Below the pieces are notes generated by a model. It worked only from the letters and a program-made list of their open reading frames with translations, was not told where the DNA came from and did no database searches. Below, one piece after another: positions 14,592 to 23,565 of a DNA stretch of 64,000 nucleotides (positions within the stretch are counted from its first letter, which is position 1; each line of letters begins with the position of its first letter). The position numbers and the translations under genes are program-made. This DNA comes from a virus (taxonomy: Duplodnaviria; Caudoviricetes). The DNA is taken from positions 63,988 to 127,987 of IMG/VR virus record IMGVR_UViG_3300028832_000004; one strand, given 5' to 3'.

Positions 14592-15410
14592 TTATATGCT
14601 ATCTATCGCCAACTCATCTCCGGGAGCGAGGGCGTCTACGCGAACCCAGCCCTTGCCTTTCACATATAAAGAATCATTCCCAGTTATTTTCAAGGAGCGA
14701 CCATCTTTCAGCTCAAGCAAAAACCATTCTTTTTGACCCGGGTCGGCATCCGGCACATTATGCATCCAATCGGTTATATCGGAATACACAACGCGGCCGG
14801 TCGCAACATCATATGATTTGATTTTTCCTTGCAATTTTTTATCAACGACCTCCGATATAGGCAAAACACCGTGACCTTCAATCTCAACCAAGGTGTCCCC
14901 CGAGACACAGCCATCGCACTTGCGACTTGCGTAGTAGGTGCCGTTGACCGGATTCACGCCCTTGACCTTTTCGAGATGCTGGGCGAGCGCCACCTCGAAC
15001 TTTTCGGAGATGCCCAAAACTTCGGCACGCCATGTCTTCCAGCTAATGCCCATCTTGAGGTCGCGGTCAAGAACCTGCTTCAACAGTTCACGCGTTTCAT
15101 CATCACGAATAAACGAGAGGATGCTACGAATAGCCTCGACAGCAGCATTTCCTGTAATTTCGCGCTTCGCAAACTTGGCGAGGAGCGCGTGGAAATCTCG
15201 GTAGTAGTCCGGGATTTCTTTGATGCCGCTGCAGGTAACTTCTCCAACGTCCTTCGAGGTCACGCCATAAGTGATGCTCGGGTCCATTGCATCGGCAACG
15301 ATTTGGTCGATGAGTTGGTTATGGTGTTCTTTTGCGTAGGCGACCTTTGCGGTGGTGCCCGGGATGGAGCGGATTGTTTCAAAGAATTCGCTAATAAGCA
15401 TGTTATGCAC
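14592..15410 (-). CDS. ATP-dependent DNA ligase, N-terminal part fused to split-intein IntN
   Basis: Ligase N-domain to motif I SRKCDG (aa 167), then CVSGDTLV intein block A; ends at stop after 105 intein residues. Confidence 0.92.
   Translation of the reverse strand: MHNMLISEFFETIRSIPGTTAKVAYAKEHHNQLIDQIVADAMDPSITYGVTSKDVGEVTCSGIKEIPDYYRDFHALLAKFAKREITGNAAVEAIRSILSFIRDDETRELLKQVLDRDLKMGISWKTWRAEVLGISEKFEVALAQHLEKVKGVNPVNGTYYASRKCDGCVSGDTLVEIEGHGVLPISEVVDKKLQGKIKSYDVATGRVVYSDITDWMHNVPDADPGQKEWFLLELKDGRSLKITGNDSLYVKGKGWVRVDALAPGDELAIDSI
14595..14909 (-). mobile_element. split intein N-fragment (105 aa)
   Basis: CVSGDT..GRSLKITGND..GWVRVDALAPGDEL. Confidence 0.9.
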
Positions 15411-16077
15411 TCCTTTTGATTACGGCGTATACCTTGAAATCCTTGCCCTTGCGCCAAGCATCGGCGGCGGCCTTGATACCGCAAAGGGCACTTTCATAAC
15501 GTTCCTTGCAGGTCCACGGAAGGACTCGTGCCAAAAATAGGCCGCGAGGCGTGATCGGGCGCTTGGAGCCTGCGTTGCTCTTGCGGTCATACCAGCCCGA
15601 AATGCAAGCGTCGTATAATGCGGTGGCATCACTACCGGCCTTGACCACGTATTCGCGCAATGTATCTCGTTCATCCGGCCTGCCAATAAGCGTCAGCAAG
15701 TCCACAGTGCCTTCGCCATCGGAGGAGGCGCCCTTGGTCACATTATTCTTGTGCTTGGATTCGACGCGAATGTCCGTGCCGGTAAGGCGGCGAAGCTGCG
15801 TTGCCACGTAAGTAGGCAATGAAGCATCACCATTCGGATCCCAACGGAGGCAGGCGATGCAGAAAATCAAGTTGGCACGTGCCTCAAGTTCCTTTGGGTC
15901 CATCGGGGTGCGCGAGCTGTGATAGTATACCGCATAGTCGATGACATTCTTGCACTGGGCATAATACTTATCCTTGTTAAGTTCCCAGCGCTGCCACGTT
16001 TCAGGGGAAATCTCGGAGAGGTGTGCTTGATAATCGTCCCGGTAAAGACCGGTACTTGGGCGTAATTCTAATTCCAT
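15403..16077 (-). CDS. sigma-70 region 2-like transcription factor
   Basis: DPKELEARANLIFCIACLRWDPNGDASLPTYVATQLR resembles the sigma region 2 core-binding motif. Confidence 0.6.
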   Translation of the reverse strand: MELELRPSTGLYRDDYQAHLSEISPETWQRWELNKDKYYAQCKNVIDYAVYYHSSRTPMDPKELEARANLIFCIACLRWDPNGDASLPTYVATQLRRLTGTDIRVESKHKNNVTKGASSDGEGTVDLLTLIGRPDERDTLREYVVKAGSDATALYDACISGWYDRKSNAGSKRPITPRGLFLARVLPWTCKERYESALCGIKAAADAWRKGKDFKVYAVIKRSA

Positions 16078-16121
16078 TGCTTCTTTCCTTGTTGATGGGC
16101 GTTATTGCCCCGAATGATTAT

Positions 16122-16150
16122 AATATAGATTCATTTATTGAAAAAGACAC
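16122..16150 (-). promoter_or_regulatory. phage early promoter, copy 3
   Basis: GTGTCTTTTTCA-N11-TATATT on minus strand, upstream of the sigma-like gene. Confidence 0.85.
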
Positions 16151-16237
16151 TCCTATTAGGTAATTTTTCTGAAAAATTTTATAGGGACAAAGAAAAAGGC
16201 AGGAATCTTCCTGCCTTAAAATCTGAAGACTTGCGGT

Positions 16238-16828
16238 TTAATTTGATGCTCCGGAAGAGTATGCGGCAGCGAACTTTTCGGCAAGGTTCCATGCATCGGA
16301 GTCCGGGCGCCAAAAATCATAACGCAGGCCAAGATTCGAAGGAACGGATACCTTGCGCTCGTCAAACAACGATTCCCAAAATTCCGTTATGAATTCGGGG
16401 AACTCATCACACTGATTCGTCCAAGAATAATCCTCGCACTCCTTGAGCGGCTCATATGTGCGTATGAATGTTTCCATCTCGCATCCGGGAAATAGCCAAA
16501 GGACCGTGATGCCGCGGTGCACAATCACCACGCCGTCGCCGGAGCAATCAAAAGGTACTCCGCGTTCCATCGTTGCGGATTGCTCGAGGAGATACTGGCG
16601 GTAATACGGGTCTTCGCCAATGTTAAGGTTGTCGAAAGCATGCGACCCGCGTTTCTTTTTAAGGATTTCTTCCGTGTAGCGAATAGCGTGCCTTGCAGAA
16701 TCCGGGGTAATGCGCCCTTTCAAAAACTTCAAATAGTCCGCTCGCATTGTGTTTAGGAACGGCATTAATTTTTCAATGGGCGCAATGGTGTCCGGCACCT
16801 TGTAGCAGTTATAACATCTAGTGCTCAT
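16238..16828 (-). CDS. hypothetical protein
   Basis: 196-aa ORF in minus-strand operon. Confidence 0.7.
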   Translation of the reverse strand: MSTRCYNCYKVPDTIAPIEKLMPFLNTMRADYLKFLKGRITPDSARHAIRYTEEILKKKRGSHAFDNLNIGEDPYYRQYLLEQSATMERGVPFDCSGDGVVIVHRGITVLWLFPGCEMETFIRTYEPLKECEDYSWTNQCDEFPEFITEFWESLFDERKVSVPSNLGLRYDFWRPDSDAWNLAEKFAAAYSSGASN

Positions 16829-16837
16829 AATCTGCCG

Positions 16838-17131
16838 CTACCAGTAAACGACGACCTGAATCCCATCGTTGCTGGGCTGGACGGTAGTAACGTCGCCGGT
16901 GCCCCACCCCAAACATTTAAGTTCATGCAGGACCTTCGTGGTGCATGTCGACAACGGCACGTCATTCGTGCAGGCAAACTCAACGGTGCAGGAGCGTGCC
17001 CCGGTGGCGCGGGCGGCATCCGGGATGGTTTCGTTCAGGCGCGTTTGCACATAGCCACGCCAATCAAAGCCTTCACGGGAAAGTTCAAGCGCCTTCTGCG
17101 GCGTAATATCGTTAACGGTTGTTTTATCCAT
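16838..17131 (-). CDS. hypothetical protein
   Basis: GGAG RBS, operon packing. Confidence 0.65.
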   Translation of the reverse strand: MDKTTVNDITPQKALELSREGFDWRGYVQTRLNETIPDAARATGARSCTVEFACTNDVPLSTCTTKVLHELKCLGWGTGDVTTVQPSNDGIQVVVYW

Positions 17132-17135
17132 GGGA

Positions 17136-17465
17136 TTATTTCTCCGGTACAGTATTGGTTTGGTTATGGGACAATTCTTCCAGCTTTGCCCCGAATTTTA
17201 AATGTCCGGCAAATTCAAAAAGGCATTCCGCAATCTTCGATTCAAGATTGACCTTGCCTAAATACTTCATGAACGGGCTAGTCCCTTCGCGGGCAGCACG
17301 CAAATCGCCGGTGTAGTAAGATGCCTGAAAATCGGTGTGCCAATCAACCTCGCCAACCTTGCGCCAAATTCCAATTCCGTGCGAGATCGGGCCGGCACAA
17401 GAAATCTTGACAAATATGCGCTTGATTGACGGGGAAGATGAATTCTCATACATTTCGTTTTTCAT
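17136..17465 (-). CDS. hypothetical protein
   Basis: GAGG RBS, operon packing. Confidence 0.6.
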   Translation of the reverse strand: MKNEMYENSSSPSIKRIFVKISCAGPISHGIGIWRKVGEVDWHTDFQASYYTGDLRAAREGTSPFMKYLGKVNLESKIAECLFEFAGHLKFGAKLEELSHNQTNTVPEK

Positions 17466-17474
17466 TTCGCAACC

Positions 17475-17852
17475 TCATATTTTTGCCGCCTCTATAATAT
17501 GGCGGGCCCGCTCAAAAAAGCGATTGACTATGTCAATATCCTTGAAATGATACATTATGCTGTCGCTCATGGTAGGGAATCGGGTAACTCTCACGCCGGA
17601 GTCCGAATCGCGCGGACCGGATTTGCGATCCGCCACGGCAGCTAACGCTACTACCATCATTGCGTAATGTGAAAGCTTGGCACTGCAAAGCTTTTGCCCG
17701 GAAGGCCCTTCCGGTACCATCGCATCGCAAATCTCATGCCATATGCCAATTCCTCTATCTTCCATGTGACACCTCGAACTATTTATACAAAATTCAATCG
17801 CGGCGGCATTGATCCTTTTTGAATCGCCCGTAATTGAAATCGGTGTAGGCAA
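17475..17852 (-). CDS. hypothetical protein
   Basis: Operon packing; start uncertain. Confidence 0.5.
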   Translation of the reverse strand: MPTPISITGDSKRINAAAIEFCINSSRCHMEDRGIGIWHEICDAMVPEGPSGQKLCSAKLSHYAMMVVALAAVADRKSGPRDSDSGVRVTRFPTMSDSIMYHFKDIDIVNRFFERARHIIEAAKI

Positions 17853-18268
17853 AGAAAAAGCCTAGAATGTGAAAGTTGAGATCGAGGCAGTTGTCTTTCC
17901 CTTTGATGGCGCCATTTGAATGACACCAAAAGTGGAATATGTGGTGGGGAACCCACTGGCAACTTACAACCAGCCCCCGGTTTTATCCACCACTCAATCA
18001 GCATAAGGCTCCACCCGATCGGATGGAGGAGCGTGAGCCTGCCCTTAAACAAATTCTTCATAACACTACCATTTAAATTTTTCGGCATATTTACGGCGCA
18101 TGGTTATTTCCTCTTTGCAGGCGCCTTCACAAAGGCAACCTTAAGTTGCCCGTTAGCCCCGGCGATCAGCATCGGAGCGCTGTATGTTGTTTCCTTCTTC
18201 ATCTTGTTCCCTTTCATATTTGAGTTGGACGGTTCGGTGTCCGGGCATTGTTCTGTTCTTCCTTCACC

Positions 18269-18769
18269 TTAGCCTACCTTCGCGACGTTCTTGAGGAGCC
18301 AATGAATCTGCTTTGCCTTGTTCTTGCCCTGAGCCATATTGATGATCCAAGTAGCCTGTTTGTTCTCGTTGAGCGCGATCTCTGCTACCTTGAGCGCCTT
18401 TTCGACGAGTTCACGGTATTCCTTCGGAATGACGAGGTCGCCGCGTTCGTTTACTTTAGCGATCTTGGCAGCCTTTGCAGCCTTTGCCTTTGCCTTAGCG
18501 AGCTCTTTCGATCGAGACGGGCGGCGTTCTATCGTAACATCATTTCCATAGAGTTCTCGGCATTCCAAGATTCGGCCGTTCGGGAATTCAAGAGTCATGA
18601 TAGCACCGCCATCCGTGAGGTAGCCCTTGAGACCGTTGTTGTTGATCCAATCGGTGCGGAATTCCTGTTCGACCTTCTTGCCATTTTCCATGAGATTGTA
18701 GAAAATTTTTTTGAATTCTTCCGGTTCCATCTCGGCGAGTTCCGGTTCGGTTTTGATTTTTGCTTCCAT
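18269..18769 (-). CDS. hypothetical early protein
   Basis: First ORF behind promoter copy 4; AAGGAAAGA RBS. Confidence 0.8.
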   Translation of the reverse strand: MEAKIKTEPELAEMEPEEFKKIFYNLMENGKKVEQEFRTDWINNNGLKGYLTDGGAIMTLEFPNGRILECRELYGNDVTIERRPSRSKELAKAKAKAAKAAKIAKVNERGDLVIPKEYRELVEKALKVAEIALNENKQATWIINMAQGKNKAKQIHWLLKNVAKVG

Positions 18770-18814
18770 ATTATCTTTCCTTGGTTAGGCGCATACCTAG
18801 CGCCGTATATCCTA

Positions 18815-18843
18815 AATATACACCTATATACTGAAAAAGACAC
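18815..18843 (-). promoter_or_regulatory. phage early promoter, copy 4
   Basis: GTGTCTTTTTCA-N11-TATATT. Confidence 0.85.
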
Positions 18844-19143
18844 CTATTTCTTGTGCATTTTCCGTTTGAGGGCATTTTTGAGATGGTTATGTCGATGGCC
18901 GCCTTTCATATGGGGCTTGCAACGCTGCCAGCCGCCGTCGTGGCGCGTAACAAAGGTTCCGGCCTTTACGTGGATGTAACTGCCGAATCCGTGGCGATCT
19001 ACCTCAAGCGGAATAAAACGGTCCACCGCATATTGATACACGGTGGATAGATCGGTGAGCTTGGCCGGGATGGTATACCAGCTGAACTTGCGCATTACAA
19101 ATGAATAGCGGATAGATCCGCAACGTAATAGTCCGCCTTGCAT
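18844..19143 (-). CDS. hypothetical protein
   Basis: ORF; start probably at MRKFSW. Confidence 0.5.
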   Translation of the reverse strand: MQGGLLRCGSIRYSFVMRKFSWYTIPAKLTDLSTVYQYAVDRFIPLEVDRHGFGSYIHVKAGTFVTRHDGGWQRCKPHMKGGHRHNHLKNALKRKMHKK

Positions 19144-19916
19144 TCCTGGCAGCGATAGTGGCGGCAGACCACGCCTCGAAGTCGGACCGGTTCATCATAC
19201 ACTAGAAAGCGCGTGGACCCGCAAATGCCTGCCTTGATGGGGCGCGTACATTTGTCAGGAACCTCAACACGGATTCGATGCGGCTTGTGGTTGAGTTTGG
19301 TGCTTTCAATCATTTGATAGTGGCCTGCTGTTGTTTCTTTGCAAGAACTTCCTTGAAGACTTCCTTGAAGCACTTTTCGCACAGGTCAAAGCGCTGGCCC
19401 TTGCTCCGAGGCTTATCGTAAAGCATATCCTTGACTGTGATTTCACGGCGGGGATTCTTTTTGCAAATATCGCAAACAATCATTTTGATGCTCCTTTGTT
19501 AAAAAGAAAAGGCTGGCGGCTCGTCTAGCAATGGTTATTGAAACGCTGCAGTGCACATCGGCGCTATCAATGCCATTACATCATAAACCAACCGCCTGCC
19601 CTGCCAACACATCTCCTCCGAATACCCTAGGTCGGCAACGGGAGCTACCACATTACAGACTATTAGGACTTACGGTGTCGATTATCCGGACGCGAATCCG
19701 GCAGTCAGCTTTCTAAACTTATCGGCAAAACGACCACCGCTTTTCATAGCAGGTCATACACATATGCCCATCCTGCATTGTTCCGAGCGTGACCGGCTTG
19801 CCACATTCTATACATACGTTTTTAGGAACTGAAAGAGACACGCGTTTAGTTTTCTTTCGCAAAGTCATACTACCCCCTACACTGCTTGACCCTTTCAAGA
19901 CCCTTGTGCTCCACAT

Positions 19917-20711
19917 TCAGCCACTTCTGCGCTTCTTCATAGCAGCCCCGTCCTTTGCGAGGCACTTGCTTTCCAAGCGGTCCGCCTTGGTTTGCATTTC
20001 CAAATAATTCTCTTTTCGGTCATGCGCAATCTTGCGAAGGGTGCTTCTTTCGTCGGTGACGTCCTTAATAATTTTGTCACGGGACGCTACCTGCTCGTCC
20101 AAGAATTTAACCTTCTTTTCATAGGCGGCATTTTCGGCATTGAGTTCATCGATCACGGTTTGGTTGTCATCGCGTTCGGCGCAGACATTGACGGCACAGT
20201 CTTCATACTCCGCCAGCTTCTTTTTCAGGTCCTCAATTTCCTTGTCCTTCGCCTCGCACGAGGCAGCCTTCGCTTTCAGCTCCTCAATTTCTTTTTGACA
20301 ATTCTCCAAGGAATCCAGGGGAAAGCCGCAAATTTTGACAAATTCATCAAATGACACGGGGTTCTCCCTATTAAAAAGGGCCCCATTTTCAAATTCTTCC
20401 AATCTTTTGCGCTGGTCCTCAATTTCTTTATTCTTTTCCGCAATGACCTTATCAACGTCTTCGAAATCACACACCCACTGTTCACCGGTCTCCGGGCTGC
20501 CAATCATCCAGGGCTTCAGCGCCATAGTCTTCGGGCGGGGAAGGTAGTTGTCCTCGTAATCGCGGATTGTGCGGTCCTTCACGTCAAGCAGGTCGCGCAC
20601 TTCCTGAATATGAACCCACACGCCCATCGGATCTTCCGGCATGAAGGCAATAGCCTTCCCTGCGCCTAGCACCTTAATATCGGGTCTATGTCTTTTCAAA
20701 TTCTCGTTCAT
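19917..20711 (-). CDS. coiled-coil protein
   Basis: Long heptad-rich E/K C-terminal half. Confidence 0.75.
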   Translation of the reverse strand: MNENLKRHRPDIKVLGAGKAIAFMPEDPMGVWVHIQEVRDLLDVKDRTIRDYEDNYLPRPKTMALKPWMIGSPETGEQWVCDFEDVDKVIAEKNKEIEDQRKRLEEFENGALFNRENPVSFDEFVKICGFPLDSLENCQKEIEELKAKAASCEAKDKEIEDLKKKLAEYEDCAVNVCAERDDNQTVIDELNAENAAYEKKVKFLDEQVASRDKIIKDVTDERSTLRKIAHDRKENYLEMQTKADRLESKCLAKDGAAMKKRRSG

Positions 20712-20977
20712 TTGGTTGCCTCCTCATCATCATACGCTTCTTTTTCGCGCGCAATAACTTTTTTTCTGCCGTCCCGGATCACCCAATAATCTCCTTCTTT
20801 TTGGTAATTGCAATTAAGCGCCGTGCACATTCCATCCAAGAATCCTCTTAGGTATTTAAGCTGGACGTTTTCAAACCCAATGACATCATTGTCGCCTCGC
20901 TTTTGCTTGTCGTTGAGAATTTCGCCAACGAAATCCTCTAATTTGTTTTGCAAGAGTTCAACGAATTCGGTTCGCAT
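20708..20977 (-). CDS. hypothetical protein
   Basis: GGAGG RBS; ATGA overlap. Confidence 0.7.
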   Translation of the reverse strand: MRTEFVELLQNKLEDFVGEILNDKQKRGDNDVIGFENVQLKYLRGFLDGMCTALNCNYQKEGDYWVIRDGRKKVIAREKEAYDDEEATK

Positions 20978-21120
20978 TTAGCAGCCTCCGAGGTTTCCTC
21001 AAATTTACGGTTATTGGCGTGGGCGTTCTTGAGATATACCCTAGCTTCTTTGCCCTCCTGCAAGGCCATAAAGTATGCGGTTTCGGACTTCAAGTGCAGC
21101 TTATCTTCCATTTCAGCCTC

Positions 21121-21453
21121 CTACGCACGCAAAGTCAAGCGCAAGCACTTATCGGAGCCCACCGAGAAGAAAGCATTCATCTTCTCGGAAGCGATATGGT
21201 GGTAGGCATAAATATGATGGGGCGCGCTTGGGCTAACCGAGGAGTCATCTCGGAGATACGCCTGCCCGCAATAAACACGATCCGGATGAAGTTTGAGCAA
21301 CGCATTATACATCACTTCAGCCCTCCTGTAGGCTGTGGCGAAATCGTAGCTGCTCACCGTGACGTCGGCATCTTCATTGGCGTAGCAATCTTCGGCACCA
21401 TCAAAGAGGCCGGAGAATTTAATTTCCCAATAAAGGTTTCCGTGTTCCTGCAT
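21121..21453 (-). CDS. hypothetical protein
   Basis: GGAGG RBS. Confidence 0.65.
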   Translation of the reverse strand: MQEHGNLYWEIKFSGLFDGAEDCYANEDADVTVSSYDFATAYRRAEVMYNALLKLHPDRVYCGQAYLRDDSSVSPSAPHHIYAYHHIASEKMNAFFSVGSDKCLRLTLRA

Positions 21454-21455
21454 GA

Positions 21456-21740
21456 TTAAGCCTCCTTCTTGGTTTCGCGGTAAAGGATCGTGTAGGTCAA
21501 TATGACCGTATCGTGGCGGCCGTTGTTATGGCGGTCGACTGTATAAGGCGTAACCTTGATGTCAACCACATCGGCCTGCTCCTTTTTGATCCACGTGTTG
21601 ATCTTCTTGTCGATTTCACATTCAGTCAACGGAGTGCCGTTCTTGTTGACACGCGCGATGAAGGCGAGATCGTCGTCGTGATGGACATCGTTGCCTGCCG
21701 CGTTAGAGATGAGGAACTGGAATGTCTTTGTCTTAATCAT
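21456..21740 (-). CDS. hypothetical early protein
   Basis: ATG 21740 after AAGGAAAGA, behind promoter copy 5. Confidence 0.75.
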   Translation of the reverse strand: MIKTKTFQFLISNAAGNDVHHDDDLAFIARVNKNGTPLTECEIDKKINTWIKKEQADVVDIKVTPYTVDRHNNGRHDTVILTYTILYRETKKEA

Positions 21741-21782
21741 ATTCTTTCCTTGATTCGGCACTACCTGTGTCCTTATGACTAT

Positions 21783-21811
21783 AATATAACTTCGTTATTT
21801 GAAAAAGACAC
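21783..21811 (-). promoter_or_regulatory. phage early promoter, copy 5
   Basis: GTGTCTTTTTCA-N11-TATATT. Confidence 0.85.
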
Positions 21812-21867
21812 TGGTTTTTGAAAAAATTAGGCATATTTATAAAAGACCATAAAAACCAGGAGATTCC

Positions 21868-21942
21868 ATGCATATCAAAAACGTTTACCGCAACGAGGCG
21901 ACACAAAAGTATCTAATCGCCAGCGACGGCAAGACCACCTAG
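21868..21942 (+). pseudogene. 24-codon ORF MHIKNVYRNEATQKYLIASDGKTT, truncated member of the cargo-protein family
   Basis: AGGAG RBS; N-terminus matches the family motif; TAG at codon 25. Confidence 0.45.
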
Positions 21943-22025
21943 GTAGGCCCAAATATGGAAGCGGCAGCATCAAGAAAATTCCAGCCTAATTTTCGCACTA
22001 GTCAAAATCATCAAAGAGCGCCACG

Positions 22026-22058
22026 AAAAGGGCGGGAAGCAATGCGCCGCCCGCCCTA
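22026..22058 (-). terminator. terminator of the second ncRNA island
   Basis: AGGGCGGG..CCCGCCCT then TTT on the minus strand. Confidence 0.6.
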
Positions 22059-22155
22059 ATCAGTTTCATTCTTTTACCGCTACCCGCGAACGGACGGAGA
22101 AATGCTCACGCCAAGCAGAAACTGTAACAATAACCGCGTGTGAAGATGTTCGCAA

Positions 22156-22259
22156 TATTTGATGGGCGATTCGAACCTCCCACCTCCACCTTGATCCGGT
22201 GGCGCTCTTCCGTGGCGTGTTCACCTTTCGACGGATGAACACGTCTAAGCTAATCAAAT
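22156..22259 (-). ncRNA. tRNA-like RNA (loop GGATCAA) with a 28-nt hairpin inserted in the D loop
   Basis: ATTTGAT/ATCAAAT acceptor, GCTT/GAGC D stem, CCACC/GGTGG stem, TTCGAAT T loop with weak stem. Confidence 0.65.
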
Positions 22260-22269
22260 ATCACTTGAT

Positions 22270-22305
22270 GGAAGTGCCAAGTTTACGAGATCGCTTGGCA
22301 CTTCC
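22270..22305. repeat. perfect 12-bp inverted repeat between tRNA-like genes
   Basis: GGAAGTGCCAAG-N12-CTTGGCACTTCC. Confidence 0.8.
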
Positions 22306-22318
22306 GCCCGAATTTTAG

Positions 22319-22678
22319 TGGGCGCCGAAGGATTCGAACCTTCACAGTCTTACGACATGCAGGGAATCCATGGGAGCTTATCCCCATTTTATCCACTGCA
22401 TCGCCTCGCCAGCTCCATCGTTCCAATACCGCACATTTACTTCAGCAACGATATTAGCTACATATCGTTAACCTTTCTGTTATTGGCATCTTCAGTCGTT
22501 TCAGCGATTCCCGATCCGATCTACTCCAGCTTAGAGCGATTCCTTCACGGATCTACCTACTCCTTTATATGGCACTTTCATTAGGAATGACCAAGATCGC
22601 AGCTACAAAGAGCAACCAATGTAACCCACTTTCGGAGTCGTCAATCTTTCTCTTACTAGTGAATGGCGGAGAACGCCC
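22319..22678 (-). ncRNA. 360-nt tRNA-scaffolded RNA with large insertions in D and anticodon arms
   Basis: GGGCGTT/GGCGCCC-A acceptor, CGCCA/TGGCG stem closing 252 nt, ATGCAG/CTGCAT stem closing 33 nt, GTC-GTAA-GAC variable arm, GAAGG-TTCGAAT-CCTTC T arm. Confidence 0.65.
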
Positions 22679-22701
22679 GTATTTAATGCACAAGTGCATA
22701 G

Positions 22702-22778
22702 TGGCAGTTTTGGGAATCGAACCCATCATCGTACTAGCTTTCGAAAGCTAGGTGCTCTCCCGACTGAGCTATACTGCC
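22702..22778 (-). tRNA. atypical tRNA-like gene, 8-nt loop TTTCGAAA (Arg-TCG-like)
   Basis: GGCAGT/ACTGCC acceptor, GCTC-AGTCGGGA-GAGC, palindromic anticodon arm CTAGCTTTCGAAAGCTAG, TGGG-TTCGATT-CCCA. Confidence 0.75.
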
Positions 22779-22834
22779 ATAAAAGGTGACCTGACTCAGC
22801 GCGGTGCACTCTTGTCTAATCGCCTTATGTTAAT

Positions 22835-22863
22835 AATATACGTCTTTATTTTGAAGAAGACAC
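22835..22863 (-). promoter_or_regulatory. phage early promoter, copy 6, driving the tRNA-like RNA operon
   Basis: GTGTCTTCTTCA-N11-TATATT. Confidence 0.8.
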
Positions 22864-22891
22864 CGGGTAATTCAAAAAAAATCAAATTTTT

Positions 22892-23092
22892 TTATAAGAG
22901 CCCGGTCGAGACGCCTAATTTCTTGGTCAAGCATTCCTTAATGGCTTCTTCAAGCGCAAGACGATCGCCAAGATTAAAATCCGCCTTATAATGGCGGAGG
23001 ATGGCGGACGACGCGTCGGCGACATCAAGAGGGCCAGTCTCCGAATTATCATCCGGTTCAAATTCATATCCACATGCGGGGCATTCAGTCAT
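22892..23092 (-). CDS. small protein with CPACG motif
   Basis: GGAGG RBS. Confidence 0.6.
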   Translation of the reverse strand: MTECPACGYEFEPDDNSETGPLDVADASSAILRHYKADFNLGDRLALEEAIKECLTKKLGVSTGLL

Positions 23093-23256
23093 TGGGTGCC
23101 TCCCTATAGCCGTTTAATCGCATATACGGCGCTTTTTAGCCTTGTTTTCGCCGTCGCCTTCGTTCATATCGCCGGATGCAATTTTATCAAGCACATCGGC
23201 GCTTTTGCGCAAATTCTTGGCGGCATCCGCAAGCGCCGCAGCAGTTTTCTTATCCA

Positions 23257-23562
23257 TCATTTGAGTCTCCTCGATAGGGGTGTAGCGTTGTATTCGGCAC
23301 GCACCGCATGGCTTGCTTCAGTGCTCGCCAATGCCGAACGTATGCCTAGGTTTTGAATAGCCGAAAGATATTCCTCGGATGTCAATGGATGGGCACGTAA
23401 TACCTGCGGTATGGTTATCACAAGCTTCCATGCCTCAACCTCATCCGGGGTCATCCCGGTAAAATCATATACGATGAATCCCGAAGGATTCTTTTTCATA
23501 CGCGGGACAATTACATATCCGGTGTCCGAGTTCGCAATAAATGCCTCAAGCAGCATGGACAC
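23257..23562 (-). CDS. hypothetical protein
   Basis: AAGGAG RBS, follows queD. Confidence 0.65.
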   Translation of the reverse strand: MSMLLEAFIANSDTGYVIVPRMKKNPSGFIVYDFTGMTPDEVEAWKLVITIPQVLRAHPLTSEEYLSAIQNLGIRSALASTEASHAVRAEYNATPLSRRLK

Positions 23563-23565
23563 TCC

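Noticed and set aside
22319-22678. Canonical tmRNA
   Set aside because: Size fits, but there is no GGxTTCGAC, no G3.U70 and no evident tag ORF ending in AA-stop
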